Positions 12,390 to 25,854 are shown, numbered from the stretch's first letter. The stretch is 64,000 nucleotides of DNA from Lama glama (GCA_028534125.1 CM052828.1:60574001-60638000), one strand, 5' to 3'. A program made the numbers and translations. Notes: generated by a model not told the origin, from the letters alone.

Positions 12390-12790
12390 CTATTCTTGTT
12401 CACATTCCTTGCATTTAAATAAAAGTGTAATTGCTCTGCTTTTTAAACTGCTGGTTTGGATTAGCTGTCTAACCTGCACAGCGTCGCTGTTTGCTGTTTG
12501 CATTTTTAATAGCTTTATTACCATTCGGTGAAGCCTTGATTTCTGACTCCCTTGAAGAGTCCTGCCTCCAAGTCAGCACGACAATTTAACCAGCAGTAAT
12601 CTGTCAGGACGAGCTGAAGACCTACAGCAGATGAAGCGCGGTATTGCTGCTCAGCTTTCTGTCATTGTTCAGGGCAAGATCGCGGTTTGTCAAATGTAAC
12701 CTCTGAAAGTTTTCCAAACTTTGCAGCCTAATTTTCAATTTGGTTCGTGTTTTTAATCAACGGCTCCAGGATGCGTCACCTTGTTCACCA
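12390..12790. promoter_or_regulatory. Candidate conserved non-coding element / enhancer
   Basis: Repeat-free, relatively AT-rich block with TAATTG 12428, GGATTA 12458, CTGTCA 12601 and 12659, CATTGTT 12663; conservation untested. Confidence 0.35.
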
Positions 12791-12861
12791 GGGAAAGTGA
12801 CTGGAATCCACGCGGAGCTCTCTGTGAATGTACATCCTCACAGACGTGAGCAGGGATGTAC

Positions 12862-12885
12862 GTGTGTGTGTGTGTGCGCGCGCGC
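12862..12885. repeat. (GT)n(GC)n alternating purine-pyrimidine tract, potential Z-DNA
   Basis: gtgtgtgtgtgtgtgcgcgcgcgc. Confidence 0.9.
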
Positions 12886-12984
12886 ACCTGGAGACCCTTG
12901 CAGATAGAAGCAGAAAACCTTTAGCTTTTCAGCAATTGTAATGACTTTATTTTCTAGGAATCTGAGACTGTACATGTATGTATA

Positions 12985-14265
12985 ACGTGTTTCATTTTAA
13001 AAATTATGCCAAACGTGTAAATGTGAACAGAAAGGTATAATGAACCTGTGCCCACCAGCAAACTTCAACAACCAGCAGTTCATAACGATCTGGGTCTACC
13101 CACCCCACCTTCCCACTTCCCGTCCCCCAGCAAACCCCAAGTGCTATGTATTTTCACGTGTAAAACATTCAGGGGTGGATCCTTAAAATTTAAAATTAAA
13201 GGAATCGTTTTTTACAAATCATGATTACCCACAGAGTCACACCTAGAAATTTAACAATAATTCTTTAATACCATAAAATACCTAGCCAATGTTTAAATTT
13301 TCTAACTGTCTCATTTAATGTCACATATCTGACCTGGGGATGTCATATAAATAAATGTAATTTTTCAGTTTAAAGAATAAAACGTGCTTGAGCCAGGATC
13401 AAGATAAGGCTTCCCACACCGCGACTGGTGGAAATGTTTCTTAAGTCTGTTTCGATCAGTCGTTCTCACTACTGTTTCTTCTTCTTCTTCTTCTTCTTCT
13501 CCTTCTCCTTCTCCTTCTTCTTCTTCTTCTTCTTCATTTTTATTCAGGAGACAGTCATTGATCTACAAGTTTTCCCACTTTGGGAACTTCCCCAATTTCA
13601 TCCCAGTGGTTTAGTCCAACACGCTCCTCTGTTTCCTAGAAATTGTAACTAGTCTAGGGGGGTGACCGCTTCTGTTTCCCGGGGTGGAGGGAGGGCAAGC
13701 CCACTTCCTAGGTGCTTCTGCTGCTCGTCAGGTCAGGAGGCAGGAAGCCGTCTCTGCGATGTTAGCAGCTGCTTCCACTCAGTGTCGAGAGACGTTGATC
13801 CAGTTAAGGTTGGAACTTGGTCCTATTCTAATTGCCTCTTCTTCGCCACTCCTTAACAAGCTGAAACATGTCTATAAAGAGAAAGCTTCCTCGTATTGTA
13901 GCTGGCTGCCCGGTGTGTAGTTTATAGTGAAAGGTGGGGTAAATGTTTGATCTCCTCCCTTTGTTTACTAGTGTTCAAAATAATGAATGATTCATTAGCA
14001 TCCTCTAGGGGTACCAATTTTTTTTTCAGCTCCATTAAGAACTCGTGGGTTTAAACATATGTGTGTTGTTTTGATCCACTTCACTTGCTACACTCTGATG
14101 ATTAAATTGTCCCACCTTGGTCAGTGAGAGCCTCCTTCATTTGGCTTCATCCCTAACGGTACAGCAGGATGTCCTAGGCTGAGCTGGTGCACGCTTCTCC
14201 AAGCTGTTTCTCCAAGGAGCTCTGGTTCATTTTAGTAAGAAGTAGTATTTCAAGTCTGTGATGTT
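12985..14265 (-). mobile_element. Old L1 (L1MC4/L1MC5-like) 3' end, fragmented
   Basis: gtataatgaacctgtgcccaccagc, cacacctagaaatttaacaataattctttaatacc, gagccaggatcaagataaggc, tttctccaaggagctctggttcattttagt resemble L1MC 3'-end text. Confidence 0.7.
13476..13535. repeat. (TTC)n/(TCCTTC)n microsatellite
   Basis: About 60 nt of pure pyrimidine TTC repeat with TCC interruptions, inside the L1MC relic. Confidence 0.95.
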
Positions 14266-15386
14266 GGCGCTGGGATTTATATACACTTGTACATGTGAGT
14301 ATATATATTTACCTCACTCCATCTGGACTTCCTCCAATGTGTATCATGTCATCTTTAATGAAAAACACTCACAAAGCAGAATCCAAAAACCATCACTAAA
14401 GGTTTACTTCAGCATCAGATGAGTTTATTGCTTCGCAATCTGTGAAAGAGATGCTTAGATCAATGGCGTTGGGTCATAAAGTCATTAAAATACTGGCATC
14501 GGATGTACCATTGGTACGTCTACTATCAAGACAAGGTCACAGGGTCATAACAATCAAAATGCCAAGTACATTCAAGTTCAGTCATGACTCGGGTCTCCCA
14601 GAGCCCTGTCAAAGGTTAATTTCACAGACGTTCATGAACCCCACTTTCCCGTCTTTACTAAGTGCCTGGGAGTCTGTCACACCTCAAACCACCGTTTGGT
14701 CCGGGGAGCAGAGGTTTCCCCGCGAGGGGGTCTGCACACAGCAGGTACACAAGGGCTCGGCAGGACGGCTGCCCCCCTCCATCTGACACGTGAACCACGG
14801 GCGATGCTGCTTCCTGGACGGAGGGCGGCCAGCGGGAGTCAGAGCGGGTGGAGAGACCAGGAGAGAGTGAGAAGCAAGAGCAGACGGCTTCGTCCAGTCC
14901 TTCCCCCGAGCTTGGTTCTCGTGACCGGGGCGGCACCTCCTCTGCCCACCGTGCTGCATTCAGCCCAGCACCTGCGTCCTCCCAGCAGCACCCCAACCCC
15001 TCATGTCTGCTCCGCGGGGGTCTCCGTCTGCGCTGCTCTCCACGCAGCCGAGCCGCCTGCTGCCTCATGGCTCTGTCCACACTCCCCCCCCACCCAGAAT
15101 GTTCTTTCCATGTCTGCACCTGCCTGACCCCTCCCATGGTCTTTTCTCAAACGATGCCCACCCTAGGAATCCAAGAGAGTTCACTGCCCGCAGTCTCGGC
15201 TCACATCTCTGCCAAACCCTGCTTTCTGTGATGGTCACTTGCTGGCGCCGAGTTCCTACTGCTGGCTTGTAAATGCTCCCGGGTCGGGGGGCAGCAGTCT
15301 ACCGGCCACAGGGCACGGCCCCAGCAGAGTGTGCGGTGCACGGGCTGGTCGGACTGAGGCTGCCCCTGTGGTTGAGGTTCTGGAGA

Positions 15387-15416
15387 GGGGGCGGGGGTGG
15401 GGGGACGGCCAGGGGG
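15387..15416 (+). other. G-quadruplex-forming motif
   Basis: G5-C-G5-T-G6-ACGGCCA-G5. Confidence 0.7.
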
Positions 15417-18400
15417 ACAGACTGATAGGGATGACAAAGGGCCCTCCAGTAGCAACATGGCCCTGGGTCGGCAGGACCCCACTGACCGGGAGTGAGATGC
15501 CCTGGCCAGCTCCCCTCGGACCTGCCCTCGGGGTCCGATCAGATGGAGGCCCAGACACGCCCCTCGCTCGACGTCACCGCTGACAGCCGGGCTGCCCAGG
15601 TGGTCACATGCTATTTATAAGTGTTCTGTGCCCCTCACAGGGCTGGACAGTGAGGACCCACTCAGTTCTTGGACTCTACTGGAAGGCTGTCCCCATGGCT
15701 GCCATCGTCAGCAGAGACGGGCTATGGGCAGGACATTACGCAGGGGAGGCTGGTCCGCCGGCTTCAGGGCTGGTGTTGCGGGGACCACGTGTGGACGGGA
15801 GCCCAGACCAGGCCCCGCTGGTCCTGCAGAAGCAGAAGTTCTCAGGTGGCAAAGGGAGGGGCCTCCCCTGCAGACCTGGGGCTGCTCCTGAGGGGGACTG
15901 GGGACCCCACACCTGCTGGGGTGGCTGATAAGGGGCCGGAGGTGGGCAATCAGAATTCGGGTTCGGAGGGGGACAGGGACTCTCATTTAACCCGCCCTGG
16001 CTGACGATTCCTACGGGAGTGAGACCCTGAGGGGCGGGTCAGAGCGGCAGGGCCCCTGCGCACCCTGCGCACACCTGACCCCGCCGGGTACAGGGATGGG
16101 TGAAGATGCTCCCTCCGTGCTCTGGGCCTCCCTCAGTGCCCCAGCAGCCGTGGCTGGAGCCGGGGCCTGCAGTCGACCCCTTTCCGGTGTGGTCGCTGGG
16201 TCCAGGGTCCTGCTGCGGGTACCACCCCCGGGAGTCCTCGGTGCCGTGGGCACAGGCATGTGCTGGGCTTGCAAAGGCTCTCCCACCCAAGCTGCCTCAC
16301 TTGCAGCAAAGGAGGCCTCAGGGAGGGGCTGTCGTCGTGGGGACATGACATGCGGAGGCAAGGACCACCGTCCTGTCTTTAGGTGGGAAGGCGAGGGGCA
16401 GAGCCAAGCGCAGGGCGAGTCCACGGCCAAGGGCGTGCTCCAGAAGGGAAGCGCCCAGAGCCCCGCGCCGTCCCTGGCCCTGTGACACGGGGCCGGGGCA
16501 GACCCGAGGCCGGGGGCCCTCAGGTCCCTTTTTGCGCAGGAGACCCCAGTGTGCGCAAGCCTCTTCTTCCCTTCTGGGGACTCAGGCTGGGTTTTCTCTA
16601 TCCGGGAGATTTTCTTTGCCTTCCCTGTTCTGGAGCCAGCAGACATTCGTGCTGAGTATTGACGAATGAACAGCCTCTGAAAGGGTAAAGCGACAGGTCC
16701 CGATTGCCCCGCGGTGGCCGCTGCCCCGGACTCGGTGCCTGTGCAGCAAGGTGTCTGCTGAGGGAGCACCCACGACTCGGTCCCGTCTGCTGCTCTGGAT
16801 TGTCGTGTCTCCTAAAAGAACACAAGGCACTTCAAAGTCCGTCTCTCAAGAACCCGTCTTCAGGGTCTGGCCACAGCCCTGCGAGCGGGCGGTGGCCCGG
16901 GAGCTGGGCTCTGCTGCTTACAGACCCTCGGGCAGGTCCTCACCCAGAGCACGGGGCGCAGGTGGCAGCACCTCCAGGACGAAGGGCTCGGGTGGCCCCA
17001 GCCCACAGCTGCTGTGGCGCGTCACAGTCACGCATCTGCACGCTGCAGCCCCGCGGGAGCCCACCAGACAGGGCCCTGGGCAGCATCTACTGAGACAAAC
17101 CGCCACGGACCCACCACGCACCCTCTCGGGACTCACAGAAAATCTGCCACCGACCTGGGCGGGGGCGGGGCTGTGGAACTCATTCCTATCATTACTTTTT
17201 AACCCCTTGGTGAAAAAACAAACATGAGCAAGGGACCCCCTGTGCTCTACGACAGGTCGTTGGTCAGAAGCCAGGGTCCGAGCCAGCCTGACGCCGGGCT
17301 TGGGTTCTCGGGGCTCCCCCGCCCCCACCCCAGGGGCATCATCGCAGGTTCAGGGGAGCCGGACCTGGACTGTTGTAAAACTCGACACAATGAACTTGAC
17401 AGGCAACCAGATTTCTGCCTGCAGCCAGTTTAGGGTTACTGTAATCTCATTATTATGCTTGAAAGACGACAAGTAACAGGATCTCGGGTGGCCGAACCGG
17501 CTCTGGCCGCCCCGTCTTCTGCTGGACGCCGAGGCCCCGGGATTACCCGGCCAGCGAGGCTCAGTTTTCAACCACTTCTGCAGGAACAATCATCCGATCA
17601 GCCTGCAAGCTTCTCACTGCAGTTTCGGTTTTAATGGGTCAAGCATTAAATTAACCCGTTCGCCCCGTCCCCCTGAGAATACCACCCTTATTAGAAAGCA
17701 ATTTACTTTTCAATCATCGTCAACGTGGGGACGGAGCAGGCTTTCTGGCTCGCCCCCTCTGGGTCCATCTCTCGTTAGACCTGTTCTGTGTCCTTTCACC
17801 AACACAAAGGCAGCATCGAGGTCGGCTTCTCAGAAGAGTTCTGTTTCGGTGGCGTTCACCGTCTGGGCGAGGACGGCACCGCACACTTGTGGGAATTTCA
17901 TGTTCTGTTCAGAGACAATGGAGTTGAGCTGGACAAAGGCTGAATGAATTATTAATTGCACTTTATGGAAAAACACGTCTATGAGGAGAGCGGCCCTCGG
18001 CACAGAGCCCGTCCGACGTCGCACCCTGGAAGACAAGGGCTTGGGGAGAAGGGCCACACCTTTCTTCACCATCAAGGGTGGGCAGCCCCCCGGAAACACC
18101 TGTGAATGGAGGGCTGCCAAACTTGACACCACATTTAGCATTTAACGCTTTGCTTGTCTGTGTTGGAAGAGTCCTGGGGTGCGTGCGTGTGTGCGCACAC
18201 GTCTGCGTGTCCTGGTGCTGTCAGCTTGCTGGGAAAGCGAGCCGTCCTCGGTGGCCTTGCCCAGTTTCTGAGTGGTTCACTCTCATCACCAGCACAGCCG
18301 AAGCCAGGACCGGTCCACCTGGAGCCTTAGGAGGTGCCCAGCAGTAGTGCAGGCCGGCTGGAGGGGGTGCGGCCAGGCATGGGCTCCCAGCGCTCTGCTC

Positions 18401-21400
18401 CCCGCTGAGGAACACAGAGGGCTCCAGCCGGGCTCCGGGACGCTGTGAGTGACCTTGAATGTGAGTCAAGATCCTTTTCTGTTTATCCTGGAGCTGAAAG
18501 GAGGCTGTGCAAAGGACACAAGGGAGGGGCTGCCGGCCAGGAGCTCCGGTTCCATGTTGCCCCTCTGTGTCCTCCAGGCTCTTGCAGTATTTTGGGGTTC
18601 TCAGCAGCCCAGGGCCGATGACATGTCCTCTAACTCAGAGGGGCCCAGAACCAGAGACTCACGGCCTTTCTCACCCCCAGCCAGGACGCCTTGTACTGCC
18701 CCACGGGTTCAGAGCTCTGCTGTTCAGGGTGTCCTGCCACCGGGACCTCGACACGGCTGAGGCCCTCAGAGTCTTGCTTCACACGGGGTAGGGCTGGGGC
18801 TCCTCCCCTGCCCACCCGGAGCGTCCGGGGCAGCTCTGACCACGCCCACCCCGTGACAGGGGTGCGTGAGCACAGGGGACCAATCATTCTGGTTTCTCTC
18901 GATCAGACCCAGAGGCACAACGCCCCCCGTGCCAGCGGTCGTCGTCTCGAGCTGGGACGGGGCGGCCCCGCTCGTGAGCAGTCTACCGCCGTGCCGTGGG
19001 CTGAGTCGCATCCGCCACCCCGAAGTCCTAAGCTGAAGCCCTAACGCTCAGCCTGATGGTCTTTGCAGATGGGACCTGGGACAGAAATTAGGTGTGGATG
19101 GCGTCATGCGAAGGGAGGACAGGTTCGTCTCTGAACGGGCAGGTGGCCCTCACACACACCCAGGGCAACCGGAGCCTTGACCTCGGACGTCCCAGCCCTG
19201 GAAGGGTCAGGCTGTTTAAGCCACCTCGGCCCCTGGGGCCCGTCACCGCCGCCGGGGCCGGGCAGCCCAGCCGGCAGCGAGCCGCTGGGCCGAGAGGAGC
19301 CACGTGGGTGTCTCTGTGCAGAAGACAGAGGCGTCTTGGACACTGACATGGGAAGAGAAAAAACATGTCCTGTTTTCGGACAGTTTAACTGCTTTGGGTA
19401 CAGATCCGTTTCAAAGCGAGAAGACAGAGGGCACCGTGCAGGTGGTCCCTGCAGCATACTTTCTGCAGTGGACTATTAATACGAAGCATGAGGGGTGGGT
19501 GAGTTTATGCCGAAATGAGGTTATTAATAAGAACAATGCCTCACAGCTGCGTGGTGCTTTTATCCGGGAAGAGGTTTACAAACCCAAACCTGCAGGAAGC
19601 AAATATTCATGACTGCCACCTGCACTTTAAAGAGACGACGAAATCAGCTCCAGGGACACTGAAAAAGAAGACGCGCTTGCAAGGTCATGCACCAAGGTAA
19701 TGGGAGAGCCAGGAATAGAACTCGAGTGTCTGCCTCCCTGGCACGGCCCCGCCGAGTCGTCCTGTCCTCCGAGAGGCCTTGAGGGCACCCGGAGAACGCA
19801 GTGAAGTCCTCCAGCTCCAGCATTTTGCTGTAAGTGCCACTGGCTCTAAAATTCCCCGGAACAACTTCCAAATGTTGTTTTCTCCTTTGGGCAATGGTCA
19901 TACCCGTCTCTAAGAGCTAGGAGATGGCAGGGGTGTGGGTGGAGAGCAGCTGGGTACCAAGCGCTGTGGAATCAGTTTACCTCGATGGCACCCCCAGCGC
20001 CGGTGGTGTAGCAACCCCGTGGTCAGACAGTGCCGGCCAGGCGGGGAGCAGCTGCAAGAACCTCCCCAACACTTCATGTTCGAGAGTGTCTTTTCCAGGT
20101 CAAGGTGACTAGAAGACAAAAAATGTTAAAGCCAATGAAATAAATCCCACAGTGAGACTTGCGCGGTGAGCCCAGCGATGCTGCAAACACCGAAACCTTG
20201 AGCTTCTTGGGTCCCACTGTGTCTCCCATAAGGTACGGCGGAGCCCCAGCCCACAGCAGCTCGCATCGCAGCCTTCTCTGGAAACAGGGAGGTTGCAGAG
20301 GTGATGAGTTAAGATGAGTCACAGAGGAGCAGGGTGGGCCCTTCACCCACGGGTCTGGTGTCCGCATCAGAAGCGCTCGGGGGGAAGCGGAGGCAAAGCT
20401 GGGGGGGCCCAGGGCCCGGCCGACAGCAGACACCGGAGGGCAGGAGGGCCTCCCCTGCAGCTCTGGAGGGAGCATGGCTCCAGGGACACCTTTCTATTGG
20501 ACTTCGGGCCCCTAGCACTATTCCAGAGAGAATAAATCATGTTTCAAGCTGCCCAGTTGTGCTAATTTGTCACAGCAGCGGGAAGAAGCTGACTCGCTGG
20601 GTTTCGGTTATTTGGCTCATAAAATTCTGAAGTTAATGCCAGACCAGCCTCACAGAGATGAGCCGCATGGTGTTCAGGAGGAGCGGAGTCCCGTCAACCG
20701 ACTGGGTGTGTGTTACACGGAAGATGGTCTATCAGTTTTAGACAGAAAAGTAAGAGCACAGAAAAGCCATCTTTTCACCTGAGCTCGGACATCCAGCATC
20801 TTGTGCGGGCGGGCTTGTGGGCTGGAGGGCGGCCAGCCTGAGGGCCCAGGAGCCGGCACACTGACAGAAGCTGCCGCCCTCGAGGGGTGCGGGGCCAGGC
20901 TCACAGGCCTTGGAACCAGAGCCAGTCTTGGCCGACGTCGTGAGTCTGGAAGGACCCCTGCCCCCTGCATTTCGACCCTCCTTCACCTCATACCCCAAAG
21001 CTGTCTAGACACCTTGCCTCAGGGGTGGCAGGAACCCGGTGCCACGGTTGTAGAAAACAGTGTCTGATGCGCTCGGCCATGCTCAGGCACCTCCTAACGC
21101 CTGCCCCACCTCCTCCAGACTCATTTGAACTTCATTTTCGATATCTTATTGATTATTTTCAGGTTATGAAACCCACATGAATTTAGCATCTCACCAGGAT
21201 AGAATACAGAATTCCTTAATATCTTCTCCCGGCGGAAAATATGACTAAGAGTGGAGTGCAATGCTCCAGGGAAACGCTAACATATCTACAGTTGTATGTT
21301 CAGCGACAAAACCAGGAAGAAGAAAAATGGAGCCCAAAGGATGGCCGGGTTTGGGCGATTGTGATGTTCAAGTTCTTTGCTCCCAGGTGCCCTGCCGTCT

Positions 21401-21827
21401 ATGTTCAGGCTCCTGAAGGGTGGAATCCTGGGGTGGTTTTGGCCAAATGCGCACTCCTGGGTCCAGCATTTACCCCAAGTTTCTGTCTCCTTGATGAGCT
21501 GAGGAGGAAGTCGGGAGAAGAATACAGGTTGCTTAACCCTTTCCTTTGAGCCAAGACCCACTCTCCGTGCAAGCCCCCACCTCCTCTCCCGACACTCCAT
21601 CCGGGCTCCTTGGGCACACGGCCCACCAGAAATTTCAACTGCCCAGGCTCCAAAACCTCCTTCCAAGGCCAGCAGTCAGGAAGGACCTCCCAAATCTGGA
21701 CGCTGCTTCGTATTGCCAGTCCTCTCTGCCCCAGGGTTCCTCCTTCCAGACTCTACAGAGACTGCAGAAGCCGGTAACGACCTGATCGCCGTACTGAGTT
21801 AAGCTCAGCGACACGCTGACGAATTCT

Positions 21828-21960
21828 ATCAACATTCGTTGGGGATTTACTGTGTGCAGCTTCTGTGCGCTAAGAGCGCAGACTGAGACACAGAGCTCCC
21901 ACCTTCCCGAGTCCTAGGGGTTGAGCAGGACAGAGAGACGTGAGCAGAAGCGAGGAGACT
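21828..21960 (-). mobile_element. L2 3'-end fragment
   Basis: tcaacattcgttggggatttactgtgtgc...gacacagagctcccaccttcc resembles the reverse complement of the L2 terminus. Confidence 0.5.
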
Positions 21961-21971
21961 GGGCAGAGGAC

Positions 21972-22262
21972 CCACGGGGCTGAGTGCGTGTCCCCCAGTC
22001 CCACATGCTGAAGCCCTGCCCCCCAAGGAGATGGTGTGAGGAGGTGAGGTCTCTGGGGGTAGGTCAGGTTCAGATCAGGCCGTGAGGGCGAGGCCCCACA
22101 AGAGCATCAGAGCCGCTATTTGAACAGGAAGAGACCAGCGCTCCCGCACACTCTCGCCCCGAGAAAAGGCCCTGAGAGGACACGGCAAGAAGGTGGCCGC
22201 CTACAAGCCTGGAAGAGAGCCCTCCCCGAGGGCCGAGTGTGCCGGTTCCTGGGGCTGGGCAG
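21972..22262 (+). mobile_element. MaLR LTR (MLT1A/B-like), partial
   Basis: gctgagtgcgtgtccccc...catgctgaagccct...atggtgtgaggaggtgaggtctctggggg...gaggacacggcaagaaggtggccgcctacaagcc...gagagccctc. Confidence 0.85.
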
Positions 22263-24299
22263 CGTTTGAAGGTGCGGGAAGCTTCCAGGCACCTCTCAAA
22301 GTCACATACACACACTCAAGGATGGCTGTCATAAAGGGACCTGGCACCTCCCATAGAATCCAAATCGTCGTCTTTCATGGAGAAAGGAGTGAGGGAGAAA
22401 GAGCAGGTGATACATGCACTTCCTGTTGCTTGACAGGGAACAGAATTCAGTGCCTCACACATTTTCACCTTTGGTCACATGCCACTCATGTTTGAACCAA
22501 CAGAATGCAGAAGCACTGCCGTCTGAGAGCCGGGAGCCCTGAGCGGAGTTGGAGTATCTGGGGGACACTGTCAGCCCGTCTCTCTGACCTGGGCTGCGGC
22601 CACAGCCTCTTTCCGCACCGTGGCTGGAGGCCATCGGCTGCTGCCGCCTTGGAAGAGGAACAGGAGCAGTTGGCTGAGGTGTCTACCCTGTGAACGCAGG
22701 CTCTCGGTGTCCAGACAGTCAGAGGAGCCCGGGCTTCTCGGTTCTCGTGCAGATGTGGGTCCTTCCCGGTGCTCTCAGCCACTGGACACATGACTTACTA
22801 CTCGGGAAAGCTCAGCTGTGTCGTCAGAAAACTCTTCTCCTTTGGCAGAGAAAGCACCCAGACACGGACTTCCGGCCTTCAGGGTCCCTGGGCTCCGGGA
22901 GAGGTTGTGAAAAGGATTCTAGAACCTTGCTCCTAAAAGCTGCTGCTCTGCGCACAACTATTAAAACTATTAGAAAGACAGTTAAACAGTCATTCATTAC
23001 TTTCGGATGGTAAGTGGATGCTTCTTTATTAGAAAACTCAGTGCACAAAAATTCAAACTTTCAATGTCTGAAGGCAAGAGAGAGCAGGCCCACCCTGAGC
23101 CTGGCTGAACAAAACGCCAGGCTAGTCGGCCCCTCAGCTGGAAAACCCCGGCGCGCAGCTGGCTGCGGGCTCGAGCTCTTCAGCGTCAGGACCGTCCAGG
23201 CTTGGGTTCTTTTTGCTCTGACGCCCATTAAGTTAGTTTCAGTCTTAATCTTTAAGCGCTAACACGATGGAGCCAATGGCTTCATCTCCAACAGCCTCCT
23301 CGGTCTCGGGTCCATGGCAAACAAGCTTCGCTCATCCAGAAGGCACGGTCTCATTACACCTGCTGAGCTGTAGTTGAGTACGGGGCCCATCATGAGTGCA
23401 CGAGAGCTCGCTGCGCTCTCGGGTTGGGCCTGCGCTGTATCCTCCATCCCTGGAGCGGTGGTGGAATCCTGCACTGGGACCTCGTGGGCGAAGAATGGGT
23501 GATTTCTTAGAGCTTTCACTACCAAAGGTGTAGTTACTGGAGCAGGCTTACGGATGCTGCAGAACAAAAAGTCATATCCACTCCACTTTCCAAACGGATA
23601 GATTACGGGGTTCCTACTGCACAGGCGGCTTCGCTGAACAAAAGGAGACTTTTCAGAGGATTCACAGAAGGTTCTTTTAGACGCTTTGTCTCCAAATGCA
23701 GCTAATCACTTGTTTCGTGATCGCGATGCTGCAGGAGAAAGGCTCGGGGAAGCTTAAAGCGAAAATGTAAGAGCCGCTGTCAACTGGGAATCAGTCAAGA
23801 CAGAAAGAAAACCAACTTGAAACGGTAAGTTAGTGAGCTGGAAAATGGGATTCGATTTACATAAACTTCTCACAAACATGTCTGTGCAGGAAGCAAGGTG
23901 ATGTCTATTGGGGAAAATTGCACTTATTCAGGAATATGGCTCAAGATGGTCCTGGTTCTCCCAAGAAAGCAAAATCATTCTGTAAGTTTCAGGTGCTCTG
24001 AAGGCAGCTGGTTAAGGGGTTTCCCACTTACGACCACCGAGTCCTTAACCCTGAGCGAGTCAGCCAACTAGTCAACCACTTAGAGACCAGCTGCCTGCCT
24101 GTTTGAGACAGCTGTTACCATTAGGGACTTCCTGGGGCACCCGAAAACCCCCAGATTGTTCTTGGATTGGTTCTTGTGTTGACTGTTATGATCTACATCA
24201 GGAGTGCAGGTGGGATCTGCGTTTCAGCGAGTTCTCGTTACTGGCTGGCCGGCTGAACGCATGTGAAAGCTCCAGTAGCATTTACACAGCATCTAAGTC

Positions 24300-25400
24300 A
24301 ATGCTCGTTTGCCTGGGGGTGTTTAGTCCCATTATAACAGGAACTACTCCTGTGCTACTTTATCGTTTATTTCTTTGTGTTGTTTGTACTTAGTCACTAC
24401 CTCGTTTGGCACGTTCAGCTCGTCTGACGCGCTGTGACTCGGTGTTACGCAGTACCTGCTTTCACCTGCTTGGGAGCTGTGGGTCCTGAGTCCGTCGTGT
24501 CTGATGCCAATATCGCCACTTTCTCTTCCTGCGTGGGTGCTGACACCTGCTTGCCTGCTCCTTTATTTTCAACTTTACCACTTTGTTAGAAGTGTCTTGT
24601 AGAAACAACACACACCTTTAAAAAACTTAAAATTTAAAAAATACAATCTGACAACCTCTGGTTTTAATAGAGCAATTTAGCTCATTCACATTTAGTGTGA
24701 TAACGAATGGGCTCATTTCATGCCTCGATCTTACATCATGGTCACTGTTTGTCCCACTTCACTATGTCTTCTCTCTCCTTTTCCTCATTTTGGATGGTTT
24801 GATTTAGTTCTTGTTCATTCCTATTTTTTCTTTTGTTAATTTGGCGTTTCTGACCTTCTCCATTGAGCTGGTAACTATCCACCTATTCCACACACACATT
24901 TTCAACTGCTGAATAAAAACCAGAAACTAAAGTGCTCTACCCCCTCATTTCTCCCTTCACACAAAGCAAATAAAGTTAAAAAGTTGGAATTGTCTACTCT
25001 GCCCCTCCTTGTAACTCCCAGGTTTTGCTAAGATAGTTCAGCATTTTCAGTGCAAAAATATTATTAGGTTTTCCTTTGAAGCATACTTTTTCTCTCTTAA
25101 AACAACATAACCCACCCCTTATTATAAAATTTCAACGTTTATTGGTATTAATTTGGAGTTAAGCCTAAAGGATGCAAAGTTCATTGCTACCCAGTATTTC
25201 TTCTTTTATTTACCTTTTCCCTTCTCGAAGTTGACAGCAGGCAGAAGGTTGACACTCAAGTTTGTTTGTTTTGAAGATTCACTCGACTCTTCACTTGAAT
25301 CTTTCCAAAGCTCTCACTGGCATTGTCCACTTGTCGTCGACAGCGTGGTGGACTGGGGACAGTAGCCAGACCACCCCCACTTCACTGGTGAGAAAACTGA
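24300..25400 (-). mobile_element. Ancient L1M/HAL1-like internal fragments
   Basis: tgtctgatgccaatatcgccac, tttattttcaacttt, gtgtcttgtagaaacaaca, caatctgacaacctctggttttaatagagcaatttagctcattcacattta are characteristic of the reverse-strand 5' ORF2 region. Confidence 0.7.
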
Positions 25401-25854
25401 AGCACAGTCACGCCTCGACGCCACCTACCCTCACCCCACCCTCCAAATGCTTTGTCTCGCTGCGATGCTAACGGGAGTTTCTCAGTTTGCCGAAAGTAGA
25501 GTCTGAGGGTGTTCACACATTCAGGAGAAATGTCAGGATCTCAGCAAACGCATTCGAAGTAGAAGAGGCTGCTGTCCCACTGGGAAGCCGTGGAAGCTGA
25601 AATGCAGTAGTTGAGTTTAGTGACGCTTATGGGAAAGAGACAAAACGGAACATTAATTTTCTTCACAATCATGTATGTCCTTGCGTCCCAGTGTTTGTCA
25701 CGTCTTCAGAGGAAGAATCGTTTTGCCTGCACTTTGTGTCTCTTTACACCAGTAGGTGCCAGAGAGTGCATGAGGATGGACTGGGGTGGGGTGAGGGGAG
25801 CTCTCGGGGTTCCCTTCCCTCAGTCCTTCATTTGACAGCGACGTGCTGTTATTT

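Noticed and set aside
13428-13652. Poly-phenylalanine ORF
   Set aside because: Translation of the (TTC)n microsatellite
15611-15620. MEF2 consensus CTATTTATAA
   Set aside because: Isolated short motif expected by chance
22061-22072. DR0 element AGGTCAGGTTCA
   Set aside because: Lies in a decayed MLT1 LTR; likely a by-product of substitutions
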